From a virus, in the IMG/VR virus record IMGVR_UViG_3300014775_002125, positions 32,001 to 96,000 of that record: a DNA stretch of 64,000 nucleotides, one strand, 5' to 3'. Below, in pieces: positions 21,694-30,697 of this stretch. Made by a program: the position numbers and the translations under genes. The notes below the pieces were generated by a model, which was given only the letters and a program-made list of their open reading frames with translations, was not told the DNA's origin and did not search any database. How positions within the stretch are numbered: position 1 is the first letter of the stretch; the number at the start of each line of letters is the position of its first letter.

Positions 21694-22632
21694 ATGGCTT
21701 TTTTAGATAACTCCGGTGACATTATCCTTGACGTCACCCTAACTGACGAAGGAAGAAAGCGTTTGGCTCGTGGCGACAACTCTTTCAGGGTCACTAAGTT
21801 CGCTCTAGCTGACGATGAGATCAACTACGCACTTTACAACACAAGTCATGCAAGTGGTAGTGCGTATTTTGACCTTGACATCATGCAAACCCCCGTGCTT
21901 GAGGCTTTTACTTCAGATCTTGCAGTCCCTAATAACTACTTGATCACCTATGACAACCCTAACCTTCTCTATCTCCCTGTAATGAAAGAGAACACACAGT
22001 TAGGTGACACTAAAAAACACTCAACTAAAAACATCTTCGTAGTAGCGGTTGATGAAGAGACTGAAGCACTTGTATACGCTGCTGGTAACGGTATTATCAA
22101 AGGTGAGTCTGGTGGCGGAACCTACATCAGAGTAGACCAAGGGCTGGACACTGAGGACATCTCTTACAACAAGACACTATCAACTCTTGGGGAGCAGGTT
22201 GATTCTAGCTTCGCAACCCTTGCAGAACCTATTTACAACGTACAGATTGATTCACGTCTAGGGTTGATTGTCAGTGCAAACTTTGAGACTGTAGCACCTG
22301 AAAACCAGATCAACCTAGAGAAAATTGCGTCATACACTCTTGAAGACCCTGAGTTTGTCATGAACAACGAGAACACTACAGAGGCTTCTGGAACCACCCA
22401 GATCATCAAAGGGCCACGAGGGACGATCCTTCAGTTCTCAATCGCCTCTTCCCCAGAACTAAGAACAGGTACCTCTTACTTCACTGAGCTTGGTTCTACT
22501 GAGGCTGCTAGTAACTATAAGTCTGGTGCAGCAGGGAACGTTTATTACATCGACACAAGCATTCGGATCTTAGGGGAATCTACTGGATACAACCTAAACA
22601 TCCCTGTCCGTTTTATCAAGAAGGTAGCTTAA
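21694..22632 (+). CDS. Virion (baseplate/fibre-attachment) protein
   Basis: LTDEGRKRLARG...VTKFALADD resembles the first half of the P2 gpH/DUF3751 tail-collar domain; GGAG Shine-Dalgarno site. Confidence 0.6.
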   Translation: MAFLDNSGDIILDVTLTDEGRKRLARGDNSFRVTKFALADDEINYALYNTSHASGSAYFDLDIMQTPVLEAFTSDLAVPNNYLITYDNPNLLYLPVMKENTQLGDTKKHSTKNIFVVAVDEETEALVYAAGNGIIKGESGGGTYIRVDQGLDTEDISYNKTLSTLGEQVDSSFATLAEPIYNVQIDSRLGLIVSANFETVAPENQINLEKIASYTLEDPEFVMNNENTTEASGTTQIIKGPRGTILQFSIASSPELRTGTSYFTELGSTEAASNYKSGAAGNVYYIDTSIRILGESTGYNLNIPVRFIKKVA

Positions 22633-22642
22633 GGAGCCATAA

Positions 22643-23689
22643 ATGTCAACATACTATAAGTCAATCGCACCAAGCGACATCATCCAGAATAAACAAAACC
22701 TATACGAAGCTATCCCTATTACTGGCTCTATTGTTTCTGGTAGTTATGCTGATAGCAACATCAAGAACTACGCTCACGGAATGTTCCAGAGTGTCTATGA
22801 TTACAACTATCTAAGTTCATCAGCTAACCCAATCTTCGACATTACTCTTTGTTACAGCCCCAATTCATCACTAAGTGGGTCTGCTAACACTCAGAACGCG
22901 AAGAAGATTAACCTATACAACTCACTCGCTCAGACTCTTATGGGTTATGATGCAACCGGAAGTATTCTAGAGTTTGATGCTGATGGAGATCTTACGGGCG
23001 GCACAAAGATCCGTGAAGCAGTTGTTGTGAAATTTAACCGTATTATTGCCAAGGACGAACTTAAGAAAGGGAACTTTGCTCTGTATTTAGGAGTCAGTGG
23101 TTCATATTCCACCCCCTTTGCTGAAAGAATCAAAGTTGCTGACACTGGTGCTGCAAGTTCTTACAAGTCTAATGCTGCTGCTGGTGAATATGGAATTCTT
23201 GTTGCTACCAACGCAACAGGAACAAGCCTAGACGGTGTAGAGGCTTCTTGTGGACTCGTGTTTTATCAGGCTGGAGTTGCTATTCTTACGGCTTCTGTCT
23301 TCGGGTCTCTTCTAAGCTCTTCCGCCGGAATGAACTCAAGCAATGAAGGCATCAACGCGGTTCTAACAGGGTCTACAATCGCTTCTGGTTCTGACAATTT
23401 CCGGCACCGCTTCTATGACCTAGACCTCGTAAACACTACCAAGCTCTACTCAACGCAGTATCTTTGTAGAATTAACCATAACGAGTTCAATTACTCAGCA
23501 AACCCAACGTATCTCAACAACTCAAAGGTACGTACAAAGATTCGAGAAACTGACGCGCCTACTAGTTACTTCACGAGTGTTGTTCTAATGAGTGAAGACA
23601 ATACTCCGCTCGCTGTCGGCAAGCTCAGTGAACCTATCAAGAAAGACTCCAACAACGACCTAACATTACGGCTAAGAACAGACTTCTAA
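22643..23689 (+). CDS. Virion (baseplate/fibre-attachment) protein
   Basis: C-terminal FNYSANPTY...YFTSVVLMSEDNTPLAVGKLSEPIKK; AAGGAG Shine-Dalgarno site; rich in TGS/SGS. Confidence 0.6.
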   Translation: MSTYYKSIAPSDIIQNKQNLYEAIPITGSIVSGSYADSNIKNYAHGMFQSVYDYNYLSSSANPIFDITLCYSPNSSLSGSANTQNAKKINLYNSLAQTLMGYDATGSILEFDADGDLTGGTKIREAVVVKFNRIIAKDELKKGNFALYLGVSGSYSTPFAERIKVADTGAASSYKSNAAAGEYGILVATNATGTSLDGVEASCGLVFYQAGVAILTASVFGSLLSSSAGMNSSNEGINAVLTGSTIASGSDNFRHRFYDLDLVNTTKLYSTQYLCRINHNEFNYSANPTYLNNSKVRTKIRETDAPTSYFTSVVLMSEDNTPLAVGKLSEPIKKDSNNDLTLRLRTDF

Positions 23690-23690
23690 T

Positions 23691-24836
23691 ATGAAGAAAA
23701 CTATTGGTAGTAACAACCAGATTGTGAATAATACAATCTATCATACCCCTGTCAGCTTCTTTGTTTACGAGGAAGATGTCTACTACAACCAAGAGTACGC
23801 TATCTCTGGGTCCTTCCAAAATAACTTAGGGTCGATCCCACAAGGTTTTACCAAGATTGGCCGACTAAACACTGATAGCCCAGACAATGCGTACCCTTTT
23901 GTTATTAAAGATACGGACAGACAGGCTTTTAGAAGCACCACCAAGTTAGACTACAGAACAAAAAATGGCGGAGAAAATATTACTGGCTCCTATCCGCTAT
24001 CTGCTAGCATCTCTGTGTTTAACTACGGTGCTTCTTTGGGTGCCTCTGAGAGAAAATATTTAAACCCTCTCAGAAATGCAATGACGAGCTATATGACTTT
24101 AAGTAATCATTTTCAGTATAGCTCGTCGTTGCATGGCAGGGATTTTGATAGCACTAATACAACGTTGATCGATATACCCTCAATTTTCTTTGGGTCATCT
24201 TTAAAGAAGGGCTCAGTAAGTTTAAAGTTCTATGTAACTGGAAGTCTTATTGGAGAACTAACAGATGCCAAGAGAAACGGGGAATTAATACAAAGGTCTG
24301 GTTCGGACTCTGCCAATGACGGTAAGGTCGCCGGAGTTGTTCTTTATAATCATGGAGTGGTCTTGTTGACAGGTTCATGGGATATTGATGGGACACACTC
24401 TGAAAGCTATCTTGGAACACCTCAAAGACCTAAATGGAATCACTTTGGGACCTCTCTGATTTCTAGTAGCATTGGATCTTCTTCTTTTTCACTAGATTTT
24501 GAGAGTTCTGTTCAAAAGTCTACTATGATGATGTTTTTGAATGCCTCCAAGGGTGCTTTCAATTTCTCCCATAACAACACCTTCATAGAGGGCAATGAGT
24601 TCAATAAGTTGTGGACTAGTGGTTCTTACAAGTCTAAAGAGCCTGTGAAGAACGCTGCGAATATCGTTTCTGGTTCCTACAACTACGACTCAGCGACCTA
24701 TGAGCCCACCACTTATATTTCTGAGGTCTTTGTCTACGATGATGAGGGCGACGTAATTATGAAAGGTAAACTCGGAAAACCTCTCAGAAAGCGTTTAAAA
24801 GACGACTACACAATTAAACTTAGGTACGACTTGTGA
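23691..24836 (+). CDS. Virion protein, paralog of 22643..23689
   Basis: Shares G.V.Y..GV..LT.S and the C-terminal YISEVFVYDDEGDVIMKGKLGKPLRK...LRYDL. Confidence 0.6.
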   Translation: MKKTIGSNNQIVNNTIYHTPVSFFVYEEDVYYNQEYAISGSFQNNLGSIPQGFTKIGRLNTDSPDNAYPFVIKDTDRQAFRSTTKLDYRTKNGGENITGSYPLSASISVFNYGASLGASERKYLNPLRNAMTSYMTLSNHFQYSSSLHGRDFDSTNTTLIDIPSIFFGSSLKKGSVSLKFYVTGSLIGELTDAKRNGELIQRSGSDSANDGKVAGVVLYNHGVVLLTGSWDIDGTHSESYLGTPQRPKWNHFGTSLISSSIGSSSFSLDFESSVQKSTMMMFLNASKGAFNFSHNNTFIEGNEFNKLWTSGSYKSKEPVKNAANIVSGSYNYDSATYEPTTYISEVFVYDDEGDVIMKGKLGKPLRKRLKDDYTIKLRYDL

Positions 24837-25363
24837 TCTACTTGGGACTTGATATTTCCACTAGCTGCATTGGGATGGCTCTACTCAATGAAAACAAAGA
24901 ACTACTAAAAGAAACCTGCCTTAGACTTGACAAAGCGCCTTACAAGACTTATAGTTTCTATGAGAAGCTAGAAGCGTTTCGCGGATTCCTGTTAGAGTTC
25001 GTTGAGGGCTGTAAGGTTGACTGTGCGGTGGTTGAGCAGGCTTTGGGTGGACATGGAAGAACCTCAGCACAGATCATTCAGAAGTTGGCGAGGTTTAACG
25101 GTGCTTGCAGATACATTGTGTACAGTGAGCTAGGTATTGTTCCAGAAGAGATCCACCCAAGCACTGTCAAAGCTCGCGTAAAACTGAAAGTTCCTAAAGG
25201 CGGCTGTAAGAAAACAGAGACACTCAAGCTAATCACAGAGCTATACCCTCAGTTTACTTATGGATTGACCCGAAGCGGAAACCCTGAGAAGGGCTCCGAT
25301 GACCGTGCAGATGCTATTATGACCGCTCTAGGTTTCATCATTCTTCAAGAAAATTCCAAATAA
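24833..25363 (+). CDS. ruvC: RuvC-like Holliday junction resolvase
   Basis: LGLDISTSCIG, VVEQ and DDRADA catalytic motifs of the RNase H-fold resolvase. Confidence 0.85.
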   Translation: MIYLGLDISTSCIGMALLNENKELLKETCLRLDKAPYKTYSFYEKLEAFRGFLLEFVEGCKVDCAVVEQALGGHGRTSAQIIQKLARFNGACRYIVYSELGIVPEEIHPSTVKARVKLKVPKGGCKKTETLKLITELYPQFTYGLTRSGNPEKGSDDRADAIMTALGFIILQENSK

Positions 25364-25366
25364 TTC

Positions 25367-25394
25367 TTTACTTCCCCCAAAATTATGGTATAGT
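25367..25394 (+). promoter_or_regulatory. Sigma70-type promoter for primase/SbcCD
   Basis: TTTACT-N16-TATAGT with an extended -10 TG; strong AAGGAGG Shine-Dalgarno site downstream. Confidence 0.6.
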
Positions 25395-25429
25395 CTCTTC
25401 AGGTTCACTCAAGACAAGGAGGAAAGACT

Positions 25430-26386
25430 ATGAGAGAACTAAATGTATTGAATAGAGGCCTTGAGTACGGCTTTCAGGTCGGTTCTGAGCATCTTTACCG
25501 TTGTCCTTATAAAAACTGTAGCTCAAGAAAGCGCCAAGACAAATTCAAAATGTCTATCAATGTCGAGAAGAATTACTATAAGTGTTGGAGTTGTGGTAGA
25601 CGTGGTAGGGGTCTTCACAAGCTTTTAAGGTCTATAGGTCAACGAGGGTTAGCTGAGGAGATGGCTGAGATCCTTGGTGAGTTCTCTGAGGAGGCCTTTG
25701 AGCTACTGTTTGCTGATGATGTAGAGGAAGTTAGAGAGCAATTAAATCTTCCAGAAGGCTATCAGTTTATTCTCAGTGGTAACAACTATCGCTTTCAGAG
25801 GGCCAAACAGTATCTATATGACCGTGGATTGACAGATGACGATTTCTACAGGCTTAAGATTGGGTTATGTACACACGGAGAGTTTTCAGATAGGATTATT
25901 TTCCCTAGTTTTGATGGTGACGGCAATGTGAACTATTTTGTTGGCCGTTATCCGTTTGCTGCAAGGTCGCCTTATAAGGTTCCGAGAGCTAAGAAAAGCG
26001 AGGTGATCTTTAATGAGTACCTAATAGACTGGGAGAAGCCTGTGACAATTGTTGAGGGAGTCTTTGACGGCAAGGGTATTGAAAACTGTATCCCGATTCT
26101 TGGTAGTACACTGTATGATAACCATGTGCTGTTTTCGAAATTATTGGAGCACAAGCCAAAAGTCTACTTAGGGTTAGACAACGACGCTCAAAGCAAAGAA
26201 ATGGAGTTGGCTAAAAGGCTCTTGGGGTGGGGTCTAGATGTTTTTGAGATCCCCACAGAAGACATTGAGGATTTAGGAGCTATTTCAAAAGAGGAGGCTG
26301 AAAGTTTATTAGGAAATTCTATGAGATTGACAGAGGAAGCTATTTTTATGAAACAATTTGAAAGTAATTTGGAGGCTTTATTTTGA
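25430..26386 (+). CDS. dnaG: DNA primase (DnaG/TOPRIM type)
   Basis: N-terminal Zn finger (CPYKNC...CWSC), RIIFP, IVEGVFD and LGLDND TOPRIM motifs. Confidence 0.9.
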   Translation: MRELNVLNRGLEYGFQVGSEHLYRCPYKNCSSRKRQDKFKMSINVEKNYYKCWSCGRRGRGLHKLLRSIGQRGLAEEMAEILGEFSEEAFELLFADDVEEVREQLNLPEGYQFILSGNNYRFQRAKQYLYDRGLTDDDFYRLKIGLCTHGEFSDRIIFPSFDGDGNVNYFVGRYPFAARSPYKVPRAKKSEVIFNEYLIDWEKPVTIVEGVFDGKGIENCIPILGSTLYDNHVLFSKLLEHKPKVYLGLDNDAQSKEMELAKRLLGWGLDVFEIPTEDIEDLGAISKEEAESLLGNSMRLTEEAIFMKQFESNLEALF

Positions 26387-29300
26387 GACCATTAAAGATT
26401 GCACATATTTCCGACACACACATTAGGATTTTTGATAGACATCTTGAGTATAGACAGTCATTCAAAGATCTGTATGAGCAACTACGAGCTTTTGACCCTG
26501 ATTTTATTGTACATACAGGGGACATTGCACACTCAAAGACGACTATTAGCCCAGAATTCGTAGATTTGTGTACAGATTTTTTGAGAGGTCTGTCAGAAAT
26601 CCAAAAAACTATCATTCTATTAGGGAATCATGACTTAAATCTACGAAACCCTGATAAAACTGATGCGATTACCCCTATTATCCGTGCAATTGACTCAGAA
26701 AACCTAGTAGTACTCAACCAATGCAAGCCTTATGCGCTAACAGATGACGTCAAACTTTATCCGTTCTCTTTGCTGGACGATCAGAGGTGGCCTAAAGCTC
26801 CTGAAAGTGATGATGAGATCTCTATTGCGTTGTTTCATGGGTGTGTTAACGGTGTTGTGACGGACTCTGGAATGACTCTGACGTCTGGTGACCTTGCCGT
26901 AGAGGACTTTGAGCCTTTTGATTATGCATTGTTGGGAGATATTCACTTAGCAGACCAATGTATCGATGAAACTGGGCGTAGAGCTTATCCCGGCAGCACT
27001 ATTCAGCAGAACTTTGGGGAACATGCAGAGAAAGGGTACCTAGAGTGGACTATTAGAGGCAAGGAGGACTTTGATAGGGTCTTTAAGCCTGTATATAACC
27101 CCAGACAGTACCATACAATCATGCTAGAAGACCCTCAGTTGCCCAAAGAAGCTAACATCCCGCCAAACTCTAGGGTGCGCTTGAAGTCTACTAAGAGCTT
27201 TGATCGAGAGACTGTGAAAGGGCTAATCAGAGAGGCTAGAGAGGCTTATTCTACTGATTTTGTACAGGATAACGTTAAGAAAGCCATCTATTTGGACTCT
27301 AAAGAAGACTCTGAGACTGACCTGAGAGAAGATTCGTCGTCACACTTAGAGCTGGTCAAGGAATTCACACAGACGCTAGAGGTTGACGATGAGATCAAAG
27401 AGAAGGCTTATAAGCTCGTTGAAGAAGAACTTGAGAAGGTTGAAAGCTCTGAAGGAATTTCTAAGTTTACTATTAGCTCTTTGGATTTCTCTGGGTTTTT
27501 CAATTATGGTGACGACAACTCTATTAATTTCAAAGATCTCGAAGGTATTTGTGGTATTTTCGGAAAGAACTACTCAGGAAAGACATCGTTAACTGAGACT
27601 ATCACACACAACCTATTTGGAAAGCTCTCAAAGGGCGCCGTAACAAACCTAGACATTGTAAACTATCAGAAAGATGAGGCTAGCTCTGAGGTTATTCTTG
27701 ATGTCGATGGAAGAACTCTCAGTGTTAAAAAGACCTTCGAGAAAACAGGTAAGGGTGCTAAGAAGTCTGCCAAAGGTAACGTGATCGCCCAGTTTCTTGA
27801 TGGTGAGTGTGAAGTGATTGATGGAGAAACTAGTAGAGAGGTGAGCAATGCTGTTAGTGATTTATTGGGTGGCTTTGAAAACTATGGGATGTCTACATTG
27901 GCTTCTCAGTTCGATCCCTTACCATTCATTTCTAAGAAGTCTGGAGATCGTAAAAAGATTCTGTATGATATAATGGGGCTTGAAGTCTGTGAAGAGCTTT
28001 ATGGCAAATTCAAGACTGAGAGAGACCACTATAAGAGGCTTTTGAGCGAGAAAGACATTGATTTTGATAATGAAACAGCGAGCATTAAAGGCACCATCCA
28101 GAAGCTAGAAAGTAAGATGGAGCTTTTAGAGAAAGAACTGGACAAAATCAAAGGCTCTCAAAGCAAAATCACAGAGAAGATTATTGAGGCTAAATCGGAA
28201 CTAAAAGCACTTGAACAAAGCTCTGGTGGTCGTATAGACATTGATCTGGTAGAAAGAAACATCCAGAAATATGAGCGGCATCTAGAGACTGTGAAAACTG
28301 ATGGAATTGACTTGCGGAGAAGGCTTGAGGAAACTAAGAGTCTACTAGAACCTAATTACAACTTCAAGGCCGTAAAACAGAAAATCAGGGAGATGGAGGT
28401 TTACAGGGACTCACAGAGGAAGCTGCAAGATGACCATCAACGTACTCACAGTGACTTGAAACACCTCATGAGAATGTTGGATGTGAACGAGAAGAAAACT
28501 TTAAACATTTCTAAAGTTCCTTGCAACGGAGAGCTTGATTGTTTCTACTTGAAGGATGCCTTTGAAGCTCGTGGTCTTCTAGAAGAAAATAACGAGAGAA
28601 AGAATGAACTTCAGAAAGAACTGGAGGATTTAGAGGTTGGCAAGATCACCAAGGAAGAACTGAGGGAATTTGAAGATAAAATCAAGAACCTCGGAGAAGA
28701 CTTGGACGCTCAGGCTAAACTCCAGAACAAGATCGACAAAATGAACAACGCCATCGAGGACAAAAGGCTACAGTTCGACAAGTTCAGAGGCCTACTAAAC
28801 GAAGCCAAGAAAGACAAAGAGAACTGGGAAAGAAACCAGAACTCTTACGAACTGATGAAAGAACTTGACGGCAAACTAACAGTGCTGAACATGGAACTAT
28901 CAGGACTAAAGGCAGAACAAGAAGACATCGATTTTGACAAGAACCAGAGCCTTAAAAGAATCGGTGCGCTACAAAGAGACCTTGAAGGACTATTCGAATC
29001 TGAGGAAGAACACAAAGAAATCTCAGAGAAGTTCGAAATCCACTCAATGCTCTCAGATGTCTACAGCCCTAAAGGTTTCCCAGCATGGGTCCTTAAATCT
29101 CGTCTCCCACTAGTCAACGAGTTTATCAATGACTTTGTGGACGATGTAGCAGGGTTCAAAGTAGAGCTAGACTTCAAGAAAAGCAAGCTCAACATCTACA
29201 TCACCGATAAGACGTCTAAGAGACCCATTGAGCTAGCTTCAGGGGCAGAGAAGGCTATCACATCACTTGCTCTTAAAGTAGGCCTCAGAAAGCTCTCTAA

Positions 29301-29508
29301 GCTGCCTAAAAGTGATTTCCTGATCCTAGATGAACCCGGAGTTTGGTTGGATGCAGAAAACACTCAAAGATACTCTGATTTCCTTAAAAGAGTCTCAGAA
29401 GAGTTTCGATTCATCCTACTCATCACCCACATGGAAGGTCTTAAAGGCTGCTGTGACAAGATTATAGAAATTGGCCTTAAAGATGATTTTGCCCAAGTAA
29501 ACTTCTAA
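26383..29508 (+). CDS. sbcCD: Fused SbcD(Mre11/gp47)-SbcC(Rad50/gp46) nuclease-ATPase
   Basis: Metallophosphoesterase motifs HISDTH, TGD, GNHD, HG and LGDIH; Walker A GKNYSGKTS; long coiled coil; signature ASGAE; Walker B LILDE; H-loop LITH. Confidence 0.92.
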   Translation: MRPLKIAHISDTHIRIFDRHLEYRQSFKDLYEQLRAFDPDFIVHTGDIAHSKTTISPEFVDLCTDFLRGLSEIQKTIILLGNHDLNLRNPDKTDAITPIIRAIDSENLVVLNQCKPYALTDDVKLYPFSLLDDQRWPKAPESDDEISIALFHGCVNGVVTDSGMTLTSGDLAVEDFEPFDYALLGDIHLADQCIDETGRRAYPGSTIQQNFGEHAEKGYLEWTIRGKEDFDRVFKPVYNPRQYHTIMLEDPQLPKEANIPPNSRVRLKSTKSFDRETVKGLIREAREAYSTDFVQDNVKKAIYLDSKEDSETDLREDSSSHLELVKEFTQTLEVDDEIKEKAYKLVEEELEKVESSEGISKFTISSLDFSGFFNYGDDNSINFKDLEGICGIFGKNYSGKTSLTETITHNLFGKLSKGAVTNLDIVNYQKDEASSEVILDVDGRTLSVKKTFEKTGKGAKKSAKGNVIAQFLDGECEVIDGETSREVSNAVSDLLGGFENYGMSTLASQFDPLPFISKKSGDRKKILYDIMGLEVCEELYGKFKTERDHYKRLLSEKDIDFDNETASIKGTIQKLESKMELLEKELDKIKGSQSKITEKIIEAKSELKALEQSSGGRIDIDLVERNIQKYERHLETVKTDGIDLRRRLEETKSLLEPNYNFKAVKQKIREMEVYRDSQRKLQDDHQRTHSDLKHLMRMLDVNEKKTLNISKVPCNGELDCFYLKDAFEARGLLEENNERKNELQKELEDLEVGKITKEELREFEDKIKNLGEDLDAQAKLQNKIDKMNNAIEDKRLQFDKFRGLLNEAKKDKENWERNQNSYELMKELDGKLTVLNMELSGLKAEQEDIDFDKNQSLKRIGALQRDLEGLFESEEEHKEISEKFEIHSMLSDVYSPKGFPAWVLKSRLPLVNEFINDFVDDVAGFKVELDFKKSKLNIYITDKTSKRPIELASGAEKAITSLALKVGLRKLSKLPKSDFLILDEPGVWLDAENTQRYSDFLKRVSEEFRFILLITHMEGLKGCCDKIIEIGLKDDFAQVNF

Positions 29509-29585
29509 TCCCCAAAAAACCTCCCAATAAGCCCTCCAAACCCACTATTTAATTCAGAAGTTTGTCAAGAATTTATGGTGGCGTC

Positions 29586-29969
29586 ATGTTATTAATTATC
29601 AAATCCTTCTTTAAAAAATACTGGCTCTATGTCTTGATCGGACTGCTAGTAGTAATCTCCCTTGCTGTTCTCTTCCTTAAGCCTAACGCATCTGATAAAA
29701 TCAAAAAGGTCATCAAGTCTTTCGAGGACGAGATTGACGTGATTGATAAAAACAACAAGGTGCGCCAAGAGCAAAACAAAAAGAACGCAGAAAACTATCA
29801 GAAAACCTTAGAGAAGATCCAAAAAGACTATGCGGAAGACTCTAAGAAGATTGATAGAGCTAAGAAAAAAAGAATCAAAGAGTTAACCAAGGACATGCAA
29901 AAAGAAGTCGATGAGAAAACCATTGACGACATTGCTAGAAATTTAGGGTTAGAAAAGTATGAAAAGTAA
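29586..29969 (+). CDS. Membrane-anchored coiled-coil protein (possible i-spanin-like)
   Basis: N-terminal TM segment (YWLYVLIGLLVVISLAVLFL) followed by a charged coiled coil. Confidence 0.5.
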   Translation: MLLIIKSFFKKYWLYVLIGLLVVISLAVLFLKPNASDKIKKVIKSFEDEIDVIDKNNKVRQEQNKKNAENYQKTLEKIQKDYAEDSKKIDRAKKKRIKELTKDMQKEVDEKTIDDIARNLGLEKYEK

Positions 29970-30396
29970 GTTGTTTGTATTTATTGTGTTATTCATGTTT
30001 ATTGTTCCCAGAGTTTCCTTCTCTAAGCCTGTTTATAAAAAGCTAAAGAAAGGACAAGAAGCTCCATTCACAGGTGTTCTTTTGAGCTTTGAGTCATTTG
30101 CAAAACTAGCAGCAGACAAAGAAGCAACAAAGAAAAAACATGAACTAGACAAAAAGACACTTGAGAAGAAACTTAAAGCAGAACACCAGTACCAGCTAAA
30201 CTCCTGCAAGATCAATCTCAACGTGGCTAAAAACATCTGTGAACAGCGTCTAGTTATCCATAAAGACCGCTATCAGATGTGCCTTAAGTCCCAGACAAAT
30301 CCAGTTCTCTACGGGTTTCTTGGGTATCTATTAGGTGTTGGAACTGTTATTGGTGCTGGTTATGCTCTGGGAGGGGTGTCTAATGCTTTCAAATGA
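29959..30396 (+). CDS. Secreted/membrane protein with a signal peptide and a C-terminal Gly-rich hydrophobic helix
   Basis: MKSKLFVFIVLFMFIV signal-like N-terminus; FLGYLLGVGTVIGAGYALGG C-terminus. Confidence 0.5.
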   Translation: MKSKLFVFIVLFMFIVPRVSFSKPVYKKLKKGQEAPFTGVLLSFESFAKLAADKEATKKKHELDKKTLEKKLKAEHQYQLNSCKINLNVAKNICEQRLVIHKDRYQMCLKSQTNPVLYGFLGYLLGVGTVIGAGYALGGVSNAFK

Positions 30397-30697
30397 ACAA
30401 TACTTTCTTAAAGAACTCGAAAAAACTCTTGAAAAATCCTATGGAAAAGAAATTCTAGTAGACCCTAAAGATAACTGGGATGCCGAAAAAGAAGAGAAGT
30501 TTAAAGAGTCACGAAGAGCCATCGATAAGAAGATCCGCAAGAATTTTAAAAGTTTACCACTAGTTAAATGCTCTGAGTGCCATAAAGAATTACTGCACTC
30601 AAAAGATCGAGCGTATATTTATGAGTATGGTATTTGCTTAACATGTTATAACCACAAAGAAGATTTTAAAGGACTCAAAAATGAACCTCAAAATTGA
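30383..30697 (+). CDS. Small Zn-finger protein
   Basis: CSEC...CLTC; ATG at 30383 follows GGAGG. Confidence 0.6.
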   Translation: MLSNEQYFLKELEKTLEKSYGKEILVDPKDNWDAEKEEKFKESRRAIDKKIRKNFKSLPLVKCSECHKELLHSKDRAYIYEYGICLTCYNHKEDFKGLKNEPQN

